DNA of 64,000 bases from Octopus sinensis (Eukaryota). Below the pieces are notes generated by a model. It ran no database searches and was not told the origin of the DNA. It saw nothing but the letters and a program-made list of their open reading frames with translations. Numbering within the stretch: position 1 is the stretch's first letter; each line of letters opens with the position of its first letter. Shown in pieces: positions 51,446 through 63,565 of this stretch. The stretch covers positions 68,634,001 to 68,698,000 of the forward strand of contig NC_043004.1 of NCBI RefSeq assembly GCF_006345805.1, in the 5' to 3' direction. A program made the position numbers and the translations under genes.

Positions 51446-51764
51446 CATATACATGCATTTGCATATATCTGTGAATATGTACATGTATACGCATGCGTGT
51501 ATATATATATATGTATGTATATATGTATGTATTTATGTATGTATGTATGTATGTATGTATGTATGCATGTATGTATGTATGTATGTATGTATGTATGTAT
51601 GTATGTATGTATGTATGTATGTATGTGCATGTGTGTGTGTGTTTGTTGTGGGTATGTATATATTATACTGGGTATGACTTAAAAATGCTTCCGATAGCGA
51701 GCTCCTGGATGAAAAAGTGTAGAGCTTCGAAGAGTGTGGAACTACATCTTCGCCGCTGACCACT

Positions 51765-51812
51765 TCGCCACATGACCACTTCGTCACATGACCACTTCAC
51801 CACATGACGACA
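51765..51812. repeat. 16-bp tandem repeat, about 3 copies (gaccacttcgccacat)
   Basis: Direct reading. Confidence 0.85.
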
Positions 51813-52500
51813 TGAGTCCGAGATTCAGCAGGATCCCAGTTATGGGTTAAACAACATATAACAATGCGAGTCAGGTTACGATGGAATCCTGGGATGCATC
51901 ACCATGGATATAGATTATTTCTGTTGAAGAACATATTGAGACAATTGTGAATATCAGTGGATTCTAAGCGGATTAACAGAAAGCGTTTCAACAGCTTCAA
52001 TAAACCTACACTACATGCTTGATCACTCGACGGCACAGCTGGCAAAAAAGCGGTACATTAGTTCAGTCAAGTCGCACGCCCTGGATGCACATGGATATAT
52101 ACGTGTATACGTGTATCTGTCTGACTGTCGGTCGGTTGGCCTGTTTGTCGGCCTGTCTGTCTGTTGGCCCGTCTGTTCGTCGGCCTATTTGCCTGTCGTT
52201 GCGCAGAGTTGCTGCTTCCATAATCCCATACAAACAGATGAACTGCCCTCGTACACATACAAACAGGTATAGTCACAGATATTTTGCAGGCTGGTTATTT
52301 CCTCGTCTGATGAGCGTTTAGTAGTAGCTGAGTACGAGACTCTAAGTTGCAATGTATTATGAAGAACGAATTAAATAAGTTCCTACTTATTTAATTCTTC
52401 CAAATAAAAGTTTCCTAAACGGAAACAGTTATACGTGCTATATATATATGTGTATGTATGTATTATATATATATGTATATATATATACATACATTACTAT

Positions 52501-52563
<63 letters not shown>

Positions 52564-53228
52564 CATACACACATATGTATTACATGCTTACGTCCATGTA
52601 TACATATGTATAAATACGTATGCATATAATGTATATGAATATGTGATGAATATATGTGTATATATATCCGTATAAGTTATTTATATTGGTATGAATATAT
52701 AAGTGTATATACATATGAATATACTTATATATGAATATATATGAATATGTGTGTATATAAAATCGTACGTGCGCACACACACTCACACACACATACACAC
52801 ACTCGCACACCAGCACAAACACTCACACGCGCGTGTATATATATATATATATATACATATATATATTTATATATCAGTATCTAAATTTATTACGTCGGAG
52901 ACACACAGAGAGGGAAAAATGAGTAGACACTTCGATAAAAGATGAAAAGAGGAACAAGGCAGAAATGACTGATAGAACAGCAAGGAATGGGTTAATGGTT
53001 CACTGAATTGAATGTTTAATTAATGAAATGTGAAAGGTGGACGGGTACTTTATAGGTGATGTCTATGTTTGCTTCGTAATGTGTATTATGAATAGACATA
53101 GAGAAAGTGAGGCGGTTTCAGTTTTCGCATTGAGAGGGAAATTGAATATTCATGCGAGCAATTTGGACTTTAAAGATCAAGTTAGACTTAAAATGTACAG
53201 ATGTACAGGGGCGGAAGTGAATTTGGAG

Positions 53229-53271
<43 letters not shown>

Positions 53272-53489
53272 CGCGCATGTATGTATATATACAAATGCGT
53301 GTGTGGTACGCGTGTGAATGTATATATATGTATATACCTATATATACATATATAGGTACATATGTATGTATATGTACACACAGATATGTATATATATATA
53401 TATATACACGCAAGTATATATTTATATATATGTATGCATATAAATACGTACTCATATATAATATGCTTATAAATGTATACCTATAATCT

Positions 53490-53521
<32 letters not shown>

Positions 53522-53573
53522 TATGTGTAAATGCATATGTTTGTGTTTTCGTGCGTTTTGAGTAAGTGTATAC

Positions 53574-53605
<32 letters not shown>

Positions 53606-53689
53606 TGTGTGTGTATGTGCGTGTGTGTGTGTTTGTATGTGTGTATGTGTGTATGTATATGCATCTATATTATGTATATATAGCGAAAA

Positions 53690-53790
53690 GTAGCGAGCTG
53701 GCATAATCGTTAGCATCACAGATAAAATGCTTAGCAGCATTTCGTCTGTTTTCATGTTCTGAATTCAAATACCGCCCAGGTGCACTTTGC
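53690..53790 (+). mobile_element. SINE family B head fragment
   Basis: gcgagctggcataatcgttagca..aaatgcttagcagcatttcgtc..gttctgaattcaaatacc. Confidence 0.75.
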
Positions 53791-53891
53791 TTATGCACGT
53801 ATGTATGTGTGTGTGAATGTGTATATATGCACATGTATGTATCTATACACACACACACCACGCACACACGCCCACATACACACACATATAT

Positions 53892-53922
<31 letters not shown>

Positions 53923-54033
53923 CACATACATATATATATATATGTGTGTGTGTGTGTGTATAGATGCGCCACATGTGATTTATATATATTCTATATATAT
54001 ATATATATATATATAGAACATATACATATATAT

Positions 54034-54087
<54 letters not shown>

Positions 54088-54179
54088 CTATATATATAAT
54101 ATATATATATTGCACACATCAAACACAGACAATAGTTTTAGAATACATCCGTTATAATTGTTGGCTGTTTTAGTGCTCT

Positions 54180-54222
<43 letters not shown>

Positions 54223-54936
54223 AACTGAAGTATAATTTACAATGCAGAGTAGTTGATTAACCTATGAAGAATTCTATTATTCTACACCAAAAATGTGTAC
54301 ATTAATATATATTTACTTAGCGATACTTCCATCAGGCATTTTGCAAGAACGAACGTTGAAGTATGTGCTTCGCTGTAAAGGGTTCTGTGAGGTGATGCAG
54401 ATATGAAGTTATCTCCCATACTTGACTAAACTATTGACTATTAAGCCAACGTTTTTCCATATAAATTTTTGTGTATTGCGTTTTTTTCATGCGAAAGTGT
54501 CACCGATTATTGTAGTCCATTGTTAGAATTACATGCATAAATATTGAAATGAAGATTTGAAGTGATTCTCTCCATTGAATAAATACGAAAATGGTTTTCG
54601 TTTCGTTTTAAACTTTATTCTCGTAAGTTTCCACTTAAATTTCCTTGTAGTGTTTCGAAACGGCCATCCATGAATATGAGAGGCAAAGGTCACTAATTCT
54701 GACTTCATATTAATAAATTAATAAATATTGTCAATATTAATAAATCTATTCACAGAACATGCGAATATAAACTACTGAAGATGTAAATACACATACAGAT
54801 AATATTTGATACATACACACACACACAGATGTCAGTAAAAATGCCAGAGAGGAAATAGATATATTGAACTAGACAGACAGAAAGTAGATGGTGTAGATGA
54901 AATCAGATGATACACGTTCTACTAAAACCAATATAC

Positions 54937-54971
<35 letters not shown>

Positions 54972-55251
54972 AAAGACCCACACACATATACTTACACTTA
55001 TATATATATATATATACATAAATATAACCATACCCCCACCCATTCAGACAGTCACACAGAGGCATACACACACACACACACATGCATGCACGCTCGCACG
55101 GACACACACACATGCACGCACACACACAAACACACACACTCTTATGTGTATACAACATCTCCTCCGGCTGGATATGAAATCAAAATGTAAAGGAAAGATA
55201 CAAAATACTGTATAGCGCTTTGTCCACCACCCCACCGCTATACTACTCTCC

Positions 55252-55252
<1 letters not shown>

Positions 55253-55324
<72 letters not shown>

Positions 55325-55345
55325 AAAATAAAAAAAATAATAAAA

Positions 55346-55388
<43 letters not shown>

Positions 55389-55400
55389 TAATAATAATAA
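55253..55400. repeat. (TAA)n microsatellite
   Basis: Direct reading. Confidence 0.95.
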
Positions 55401-55482
55401 CAGCATCAACAATACTTATATCATCAAATAGAATGACTGTTACCCTTGCCAGAAGTGAGCACAAATGTAAGAAAAACAAGCA

Positions 55483-55521
<39 letters not shown>

Positions 55522-56432
55522 CATATAGGTGTATGCGTATATACATGTATATATATATATATATATGTATGTATAATTGAAATATAAAATAACTTAATAT
55601 AATCATGTATGAATATTAGTTTTCGAAGTGAGAGTCAATGGCGGAAAATATAAAAGATTCGACTCATGAACTTCCGGTGAGCTTTGTTCAGAAAATGTCA
55701 CAACGAGGTTGAATATCGTCTAGCAGAGGCGAAAAATAAAATAAAAAGAAAATGTTTCAAAGTTAGATTTAGTTTCACAGATAATATTCGATAAAAGTGA
55801 TTTGAGAACAAAGAATTAGTTGTAATCATATTTTTCTAAGCGTTATATATGACTATACACACACACAGACACACATATGCGCGCACACACACACACTCAC
55901 TCACACACACATCTAAATAGTGATCATATATTTATAAGCGTTATGTATAACTATATATATATATATATTTACGTGCATCGGCATGTGAATGTGTGTGCGT
56001 GTTTGTGTGTATGTGTATGCGTGTTTGTATGTATGTGTGTGCGTGTTTGTGTGTATGTGTGTGTGTGTGTGTGTGTGTGTAAAACTTTATATGGCATTAT
56101 AACTTGAAGCTGAACTTTTCTGTACATCGATAATAGTCTCTCTCGGTTTTTTCTTTGCGCGGAAGAATAACGTGAGACTAATATTACCATACAACAATGA
56201 TGTAAGATGCACAAAAACTACACACACACTCAGGCCCATCCCACACACAAACACAAACATTATATATATACATTCACGCACACTTACACACATATGAATA
56301 TTTCTATGTATGCATATATATTTATGTGTATATATGCATTACATACATGTATGTTCATATATATATATGTACATATATATATATTCATAAACAACATACA
56401 TACATGTATTTTATATATAGAATGTGTATATA

Positions 56433-56471
<39 letters not shown>

Positions 56472-56572
56472 ATCCAAAAGAAAGCACAAAAAAACATGTA
56501 TGTATGTATGTGTGTATGAATATATATATATGTACACACACACACACACCACACACACACACCACACACACA

Positions 56573-56611
<39 letters not shown>

Positions 56612-57249
56612 TACATATAGAAATTTAGCAATTAAGGACAACTACTTAATAAGGAAAACTTAACAAGAAATTGTCAGGTAGATAGCGTAAAAACCTCATA
56701 AGAGAAAAAATTTCGAAAATAATTATTTCTATTGAACATATTAATTTATATATAGAGGGCATTATACATACATGCCAGGAGGCATTCTACAACACGCCAT
56801 ACGCTAAGAGGGACAATCAGTCATTTCTACCAAAAATATTACTAATCCCACCGAATGCAATTTTTCAAAGAAAGACATTTTGGTAGAAATGACTGATTGT
56901 CCCTCTTAGCGTATGGCGTGTATGTAGAATGTCTCCTGGCATGTATGTATAATGCCCTCTATATATAAATTAATATGTTCAATAAGAAATAATTATTTTC
57001 GAAATTTTTTCTCTTATGAGGTTTTTACGCTATCTACCTGACAATTTCTGTTGTAAGTTTTCCTTATTAAGTAGTTGTCCTTAATTGCTAAATTTTTTTT
57101 CCGAAAAAACTTTTCTCTCCCGAAATGCAATTCGTAAAAGTTTGCCATTCATCCGGATATAGTATATATAAGCCCACCCATGTGCTTCGTTGATGTTGAT
57201 CAGTTAGCTGATCGGCTTAAGCGAGGCGGGGGTCGTTGTTTATTTATAG

Positions 57250-57309
57250 TATATTCAGGCCTGCTGATGATTACGTAAGTATGAAATCACTGTGATACAG
57301 GTCTATATA
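57250..57309 (+). ncRNA. Type I hammerhead ribozyme (canonical CUGAUGA/GAAA core), array copy 1
   Basis: tatat tc aggcctg CTGATGA ttac gtaa gtat GAAA tcactgtga TA caggtct atata. Predicted cleavage is after 57297. Confidence 0.85.
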
Positions 57310-57730
57310 TTTTTAAATGTCTTTCTTTGAAAAATTGCATTCGGTGGGATTTAGTAATATTTTTGGTAGAAATGACTGATTGTCCCTCTTAGCGTATGGC
57401 GTGTATGTAGAATGCCTCCTGGCATGTATGTATAATGCCCTCTATATATAATTAATATGTTCAATAAGAATAATTATTTTCGAAATTTTTCTCTTATGAG
57501 TTTTTACGCTATCTACCTGACAATTTCTTGTTAAGTTTTCCTTATTAAGTAGTTGTCCTTAATTGCTAAATTTTATTCCGAAAAAACTTTTCCTCTCCCG
57601 AAATGCAATTCGTAAAAGTTTGCCATTCATCCGGATATAGTATATATAAGCCCACCCATGTGCTTCGTTGATGTTGATCAGTTAGCTGATCGGCTTAAGC
57701 GAGGCGGGGGTGGGGTCGTGTTTATTATAG

Positions 57731-57790
57731 TATATTCAGGCCTGCTGATGATTACGTAAGTATGAAATCACTGTGATACAGGTCTATATA
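57731..57790 (+). ncRNA. Type I hammerhead ribozyme, array copy 2
   Basis: Identical to copy 1. Predicted cleavage is after 57778. Confidence 0.85.
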
Positions 57791-58217
57791 TTTTTAAATG
57801 TCTTTCTTTGAAAAATTGCATTCGGTGGGATGGGATTAGTATAGTTTTGGTAGAATGAATGACTGATGTCCCTCTTAGCGTATGGCGTGTATGTAGAATG
57901 CCTCCTGGCATGTATGTATAATGCCCTCTATATATAAATTAATATGTTCAATAAGAAATAATTATTTTCGAAAATTTTTCTCTTATGAGGTTTTTACGCT
58001 ATCTACCTGACAATTTCTTGTTAAGTTTTCCTTATTAAGTAGTTGTCCTTAATTGCTAAATTTTTATTCCGAAAAAACTTTCCTCTCCCGAAATGCAATT
58101 CGTAAAAGTTTGCCATTCATCCGGATATAGTATATATAAGCCCACCCATGTGCTTCGTTGATGTTGATCAGTTAGCTGATCGGCTTAAGCGAGGCGGGTC
58201 TCGTTTGTTATTTATAG

Positions 58218-58277
58218 TATATTCAGGCCTGCTGATGATTACGTAAGTATGAAATCACTGTGATACAGGTCTATATA
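58218..58277 (+). ncRNA. Type I hammerhead ribozyme, array copy 3
   Basis: Identical to copy 1. Predicted cleavage is after 58265. Confidence 0.85.
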
Positions 58278-58589
58278 TTTTTAAATGTCTTTCTTTGAAA
58301 AATTGCATTCGGTGGGATTAGTAATATTTTTGGTAGAAATGACTGATTGTCCCTCTTAGCGTATGGCGTGTATGTAGAATGCCTCCTGGCATGTATGTAT
58401 AATGCCCTCTATATATAAAACATATATACATATATATATATATACAGACTAGGAAGGGTAAGTCCACTGGTGATCTAAACTAACATGTACGCTGTGTGAG
58501 TGCTCCAAGTTATAGGTTCTTAGGATCCAAGATCGTAATGGGGACTGGAGTTTGGTATCCGTAGCCTATTTCCAAGCCAGTGGTTATAG

Positions 58590-59190
58590 ATTAAAGGAGG
58601 ATGAAAACAAACCAAAGGAAGGACGAGCTTATCAGATTGTTAAAATCATTGTAATGCTAAATCTAAGTAAACAGAACTAAATAATAATGTCTTACAGCTG
58701 TTTCTAGAATATCCCAGGTAATGGATAAATCTATTGATCCACATTGACTTTTCTTCCATTATCTTCATGAGAATTAATTTGCTAAATCTCTTTACTCAAC
58801 TGGATGCATTACTCAACTCGCTTTCTGAATTATGGACTTACCGGAGATAATACCTAAGGAAAGACACCTCTACGGAAGTAGGCATAAATCCACATCCCCA
58901 CCGCAAGTGTATGACTATGAAGCTTGCACACTTTTTCCTACACCAAATATTCAATCTACATCTCCACATAGAAGATTCCTGCATATATATCTTGTTTCTG
59001 GTGGCGGAATAGCCAGTATATAGAAATGTAGATCAACACATTGATCCATTACCTGGGAAATCTCAGAAACAACTATAAGATATTATTTTTTACTTTTGCT
59101 TACATCGATTCACCATCATAATAATTAAAATAAGTTAAATTCTCTGATAAGCTTGTCCTGCCTTGGTTTTGTTTTTCCTCTTCCCTTAAT
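58590..59190. mobile_element. Old foldback element with ~160-bp diverged inverted arms around a ~280-bp core
   Basis: 58590-58744 matches the reverse complement of 59023-59190 (ggacgagcttatcaga/tctgataagcttgtcc; tcccaggtaatggat/atccattacctggga). The arms contain the gaaacagctgtaagac motif or a decayed copy of it. Confidence 0.75.
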
Positions 59191-59227
59191 TTATACATAT
59201 AAATACATACATATATATATATATATA

Positions 59228-59262
59228 TACTAGCAGTTAAGCCCGGTTTCACCTGGTCGGTT
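59228..59262 (-). mobile_element. Possible Helitron 3' terminus (hairpin plus CTAG)
   Basis: Minus strand: ccaggtgaaaccgggcttaactgCTAGta. Confidence 0.4.
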
Positions 59263-59629
59263 TGGATGATGTAGCTGTAAAACCTGCTCTGTGTACGCAT
59301 TTGATTTGTTTGGGCACGCTTACGTTAAAAAAACAATTTTAGAATGACTTTTTTCTGTTTAAAATGCTAAAAACAACTGACCAAGAAAAAAACCAAAGAT
59401 TCAACCAAATCAAAAAGTAAACCCAAATACTAAGCGAACAAAGATGAGTCATCTCACTTCGATTGCGCGCGCACACGCACACACACAAGCACACACACAT
59501 ACACAATCACACAAACAGAGTCAACATACCCATCTTTTACATACTTACACATATATTCACACATATATTCAACCGCGAACTGGTTCGACTTTTGAAATTG
59601 GTCATAGTCATACTCTCTGTCGGTGACCC

Positions 59630-60600
59630 TTTCATTTCATTGTAGTTGGGGCGTTGTGGGGTGGGTGTAAACTTGAGCTCTTTGGAGAGTATATTGATTT
59701 GGTTTGCTGTTAGTCCTTTGTGAGTTGGATTGATAATTTTTATCTCCTTTGGTTCCTCCTGCGTGTTTGGTGCTGTCCTGTGTCTCTGTGTTTGCGTATC
59801 GGGTTTAAAAAATGATTGCGGTGGTTGGGACGATAGCTATTATGTATTTGTTCCTTGTTGTTGCGGGGTGCCCTGTTGTGATTTATTGTGTGGGTTCTTG
59901 GAATGGTATTGAAAAGTGTGTCCCGATATCCATGTTCGGATGTGGTGTTTTAGGCGGCCGTCGTTGGTAATTATTGCTTCTGATACGGGTTTGTTTTGCA
60001 TGGTTGTTTAGTAGATTTTTGGAATGAAAATTTCGTTGGTAACTCCTTATGGGTGGAGGAGGTTGCAAAGTCTAACCTGCGGGTAGTGATTTTTCCTTTC
60101 TCTGTTTGAAGTTGGGATACTCCCGATATTGTATCGCTAGTGGCTTACAAAGTTAGGGTTAGGTCCTGTATTCTATTTTTGGTGATGGTTCCAATTTTTA
60201 GACAGATGTGAATCAGTGTTTCAGTGTTGTTTTGATTTTCTTATTTTCAGGAAAGGGTTATTGGAAGCGTGCTTTGTTTGAAAGATGGTTTCATAGCTTG
60301 AGGACCAAGAGGCGTTCTTCTCCCAACGCTGGAGAGATTTCAGTTCTTCTTTATCATAATCATCTTTTCATAGTTTGGAGATCTTCTCTTGATCGGGGCC
60401 GTGGGTCATTTTGATAATTTCGTGGCTGATCTCTTCATCGATGGATTTTATTTATCTTCATTCGTTTGGGCCCTGAATTTTAGAAGTTCTATTTCCATTT
60501 TCATTTTTTCCAGTACCATTCTCTCCCTGAGGCGTCTTTGTGTTTCAGGTTCATCTGTAATGGCTTTGATCTGGAATTTACGTGGGAGAATTAACCGTGT
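59630..60600 (-). mobile_element. Penelope-like element 2, inverted N-terminal arm
   Basis: LILPRKFQIKAITDEPETQRRLRER..EIELLKFRA.. through ..INILSKELKFTPTPQRPNYNE, homologous to 12470-13560. Confidence 0.85.
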
Positions 60601-61667
60601 CCTAACAAGAAGGATATATACTATAGTTTCTAATGCACATACCAGAGACACACAACAACTTGAACTAAAGGATACACTCATTACCAGGAACTACCCACCT
60701 TCACTAATTGACATATGCATTCAACATGCCTTTCAACTCGACATCCAGGAACACAGACATCCCAAATTAAAGAAAGATTTACAACCAAAAGTCCTACCAT
60801 ACATCTCCACACACCACCCTCTTAACAATGAAGCCGTCGACACCATCCTTCAAAACATTCTCCTTCTAAAAAAGGACCAAAGAATGAACTTAATCCTCCA
60901 AACATACACCATTATAAAAAGCAAGAGACAACCCAAATCTGTGAAAAGTCGCCTAACATAAGCCAGAATATGCGCAACAACAACACAGAAGCTGTCAGTT
61001 AAAAAAATGCAGAAGACCTAACTGTGGGGTATACGTCAATTTAATTGAAGGATCAGAGTTCTCCTTTAATCAGGGACAACATTTCACATTGAAAAGCAGC
61101 TTCACATGTGCTTCGGTGAACCTGATATACGCACTAACCTGCTCTGGGTGTCAAGAGCAATACACAGGCTAAACAAAAAACAGTCTACGTAGAAGGATGG
61201 CTCTGCACAGATCCCAGATCAAAATTCCCCAAAACAGAAAAATAGCATTTAGCCAACACATCGACATTTGCGCCAGTAACAAAAATCCAAGCATCAGAAT
61301 TTTTCCCTCTACCAATTCAGGGACGATACAACCTGTAACCAACGAATTAGTAAAGAGACTATCTTTATTACAAAATACAGACCCCTTTTAAACGCATCTA
61401 CAACAAAAGGCATACCCACCACAAAAACATGCAAATATTAAAAATGATACACTTGAGAGATTCCCAAGAATTCATTAAAAAACAGTCCCATTCACTGCTA
61501 TAGTCCATAACCAGTCACTTTTATGTCACTTGACCGTTTAACATCCTAATACTATCATACCACCTATATTCCTTCTTATTCTCTCTTCTCTTTCTCCTTC
61601 TTCTTCTTCGTCTTCTTCCTCTCCGCCACATCCTTCCTAACTTTACCACTATTTCTTCTTCTTCTTC

Positions 61668-61699
<32 letters not shown>

Positions 61700-62065
61700 C
61701 TTCTTCTTCTTCTTCTTTTTCTTCTACTTCTTCCTCTCCTTCTTCTTCTTCTTCTTCTTCTTCTTCTTCTTCTTCCCTGCCAAGAATTCACAACGACCTC
61801 GAACCAACAAGAGTAAACAAGAGAGACAGAGACAGGCAGAAACAAGGAAAATGCCACGTGTATTTGTACACTATGCAAATGTTCTTTTAAAAACTTTTCT
61901 TTTAATTTTTCCAAAATTTAATTGTTTTCCATGCTTACAGTTGAAAAAGTCTCAATAACTGAAACCGGTACTGAAATGTCTTTTATAAAATTATTTTAGC
62001 ATTTTCTACCTTGACATTTTTTTCCATATATATCAACTCATGTGTTCCTTTTCAACTTTCTACAT
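60600..62065 (+). mobile_element. Penelope-like element 2, C-terminal arm (post-RT region, GIY-YIG, 3' repeat)
   Basis: RRIYTIVS..LITRNYPPSLI..VLPYISTHHP..FTCASVNLIYALTCSGCQEQYTG*TKNSLRRRMALHRSQI. The 3' repeat contains (CTT)n and an HHR motif. Confidence 0.9.
61938..61973 (+). ncRNA. Minimal type I hammerhead motif, U3-A8 variant core (UUGAAAA)
   Basis: cag TTGAAAA agt ctcaata act GAAA ccgg TA ctg. Confidence 0.7.
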
Positions 62066-63420
62066 ACATCATCATCATCATCATTGTTCGACCGTGGTCG
62101 AGACAATGGAATTTACCATGTTGCGCCAGACTTCACGGTCCATCATAGCATTACGGAGGTCCTGTTGCTGGATGCCTGTATCCCTGGAGATTACATCAGG
62201 GTAGGAGAGTGTGCGCCCTCTGGTGTTGCAAGTAGATGGCTTCCAGAGGAGAAGAGTAGAAATTACTTCTTTTTCAGCTCTACAACAATGTCCAGCAAAC
62301 TGGACTCTCCTACCTTTCACAAGAGATGACACAGGTGGTAATTTTCCCTATATTTGCATTTTAGTTGGATGACGCTTCCACGAGAGATTTTGAGCTCTCA
62401 TAGGAGGCGAGTGTAGGTTCCATCCAACCGCCTCTCAAGCTTCTTTGATAACGTCCAGGTTTCTGAGCCATATAGTAGGATTGGTTCGACTGTGGCTTTG
62501 AAGATTTCAAGTTTGAAGTCTCTACTTAGATTTGATGACCAGATCTTATGCATGTCATTACAGCTGACCAGCCATACCCTTTCTAGTTAGAAAGTCTTTC
62601 CAGATGATGATATGTGTGACCCAAGATATTTATAATCAGAAACCATATTTAAGGTGCCTGTTGAGAGTGTGGATGATGCAATCACTGTTGGACAGGCACT
62701 TGTTTATGTATTCAGTTTTGGTCTCATTGAGGTAACGCCTACACAATTTGAGGCTTGTTCAAGAGATTGTAAAAGAGACTGGGCATTGGAGAGAGAATCA
62801 CTGATAAGAGCGATGTCGTCAGCAAAGTCAGTGTCTGTCAAGTACTCAGCTGGGTGTCTGGAACTTCTTCTTGGTTTTATTTCAACCCTTGCCAGAGATG
62901 GTATCAACTGACATACGTAGCACATAATCAACAACAATGATGAAAAGAAATGGGGCGAGTGTGTCTCCCTGCAGTATTCCGGCCTCGATCGAGAAAGATG
63001 ATGTTTCTCCATCAGGGGTTAAGATGGTTGAAGACGTATCTGTGTAGAGGACCTTGATGGCAGAAATAATTTTGTCTGGTATCCCATAGAGCTTAAGGAT
63101 TTCAAACATCTTGTACCTATCCACAGAATCGAACGCTTTAGAAAAGTCTACAAATACTATTGCAAGATCGCGATTAAATGCTTTTGATTCTTCAATAAGT
63201 CTGCGCAGGCATAGTATCTGGCTCAGCGAAGACTAAGCTTAACGGTAGCTGAAACATTCTGTGGTCAGAGCCGACAGAACTAAAGGAAGAGTAGGATCTC
63301 GAGTCCTTAACACTATTGCGCCATTTCTTTCGAAGATGAGGTAGTCAATTTGTGCCCTATCACCAAGTGGGGACTCAAATGTCCAAAGTTGACCTTTTGG
63401 TTTCATAAAAGAATTCTTAT
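62066..63420 (-). mobile_element. RTE-clade LINE: RT, C-terminus and (TGA)n tail, with an APE C-terminal fragment joined by an internal deletion
   Basis: VDFSKAFDSVDR..GILQGDTLAPFLFIIVVDYVLR..TDFADDIAL..AGHCCRAEKEVISTLLLWKP..MMDREVWR..VEQ*(tga)n; APE region LWTFESPLGDRAQIDY. Confidence 0.93.
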
Positions 63421-63451
63421 ACATACATACATATACATACATGTATGTATA

Positions 63452-63483
<32 letters not shown>

Positions 63484-63495
63484 CATACATACATA

Positions 63496-63529
<34 letters not shown>

Positions 63530-63565
63530 TATAATAATATATATATATATATATATATATATGCA
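63420..63565. repeat. (TACA)/(TA) microsatellite
   Basis: Direct reading. Confidence 0.9.

Larger units (their letters stand above)
56621..58418 (+). mobile_element. Tandem array of ~484-bp hammerhead-containing units (3 full plus 1 partial), preceded by a 260-bp inverted partial unit; retrozyme-like
   Basis: Units start near 56878, 57361, 57846 and 58327 and are near-identical. 56621-56880 is the reverse complement of unit sequence. Confidence 0.9.

Noticed and set aside
56878-58418. Interpretation of the array as CRISPR-like or as ordinary satellite DNA
   Set aside because: There are no unique spacers, the context is eukaryotic, and each unit carries a full ribozyme motif plus an inverted 5' arm, which suits a retrotransposed origin better.
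58832-59023. 63-aa ORF in the core of the foldback element
   Set aside because: It is short with no recognisable motif and is within chance expectation.
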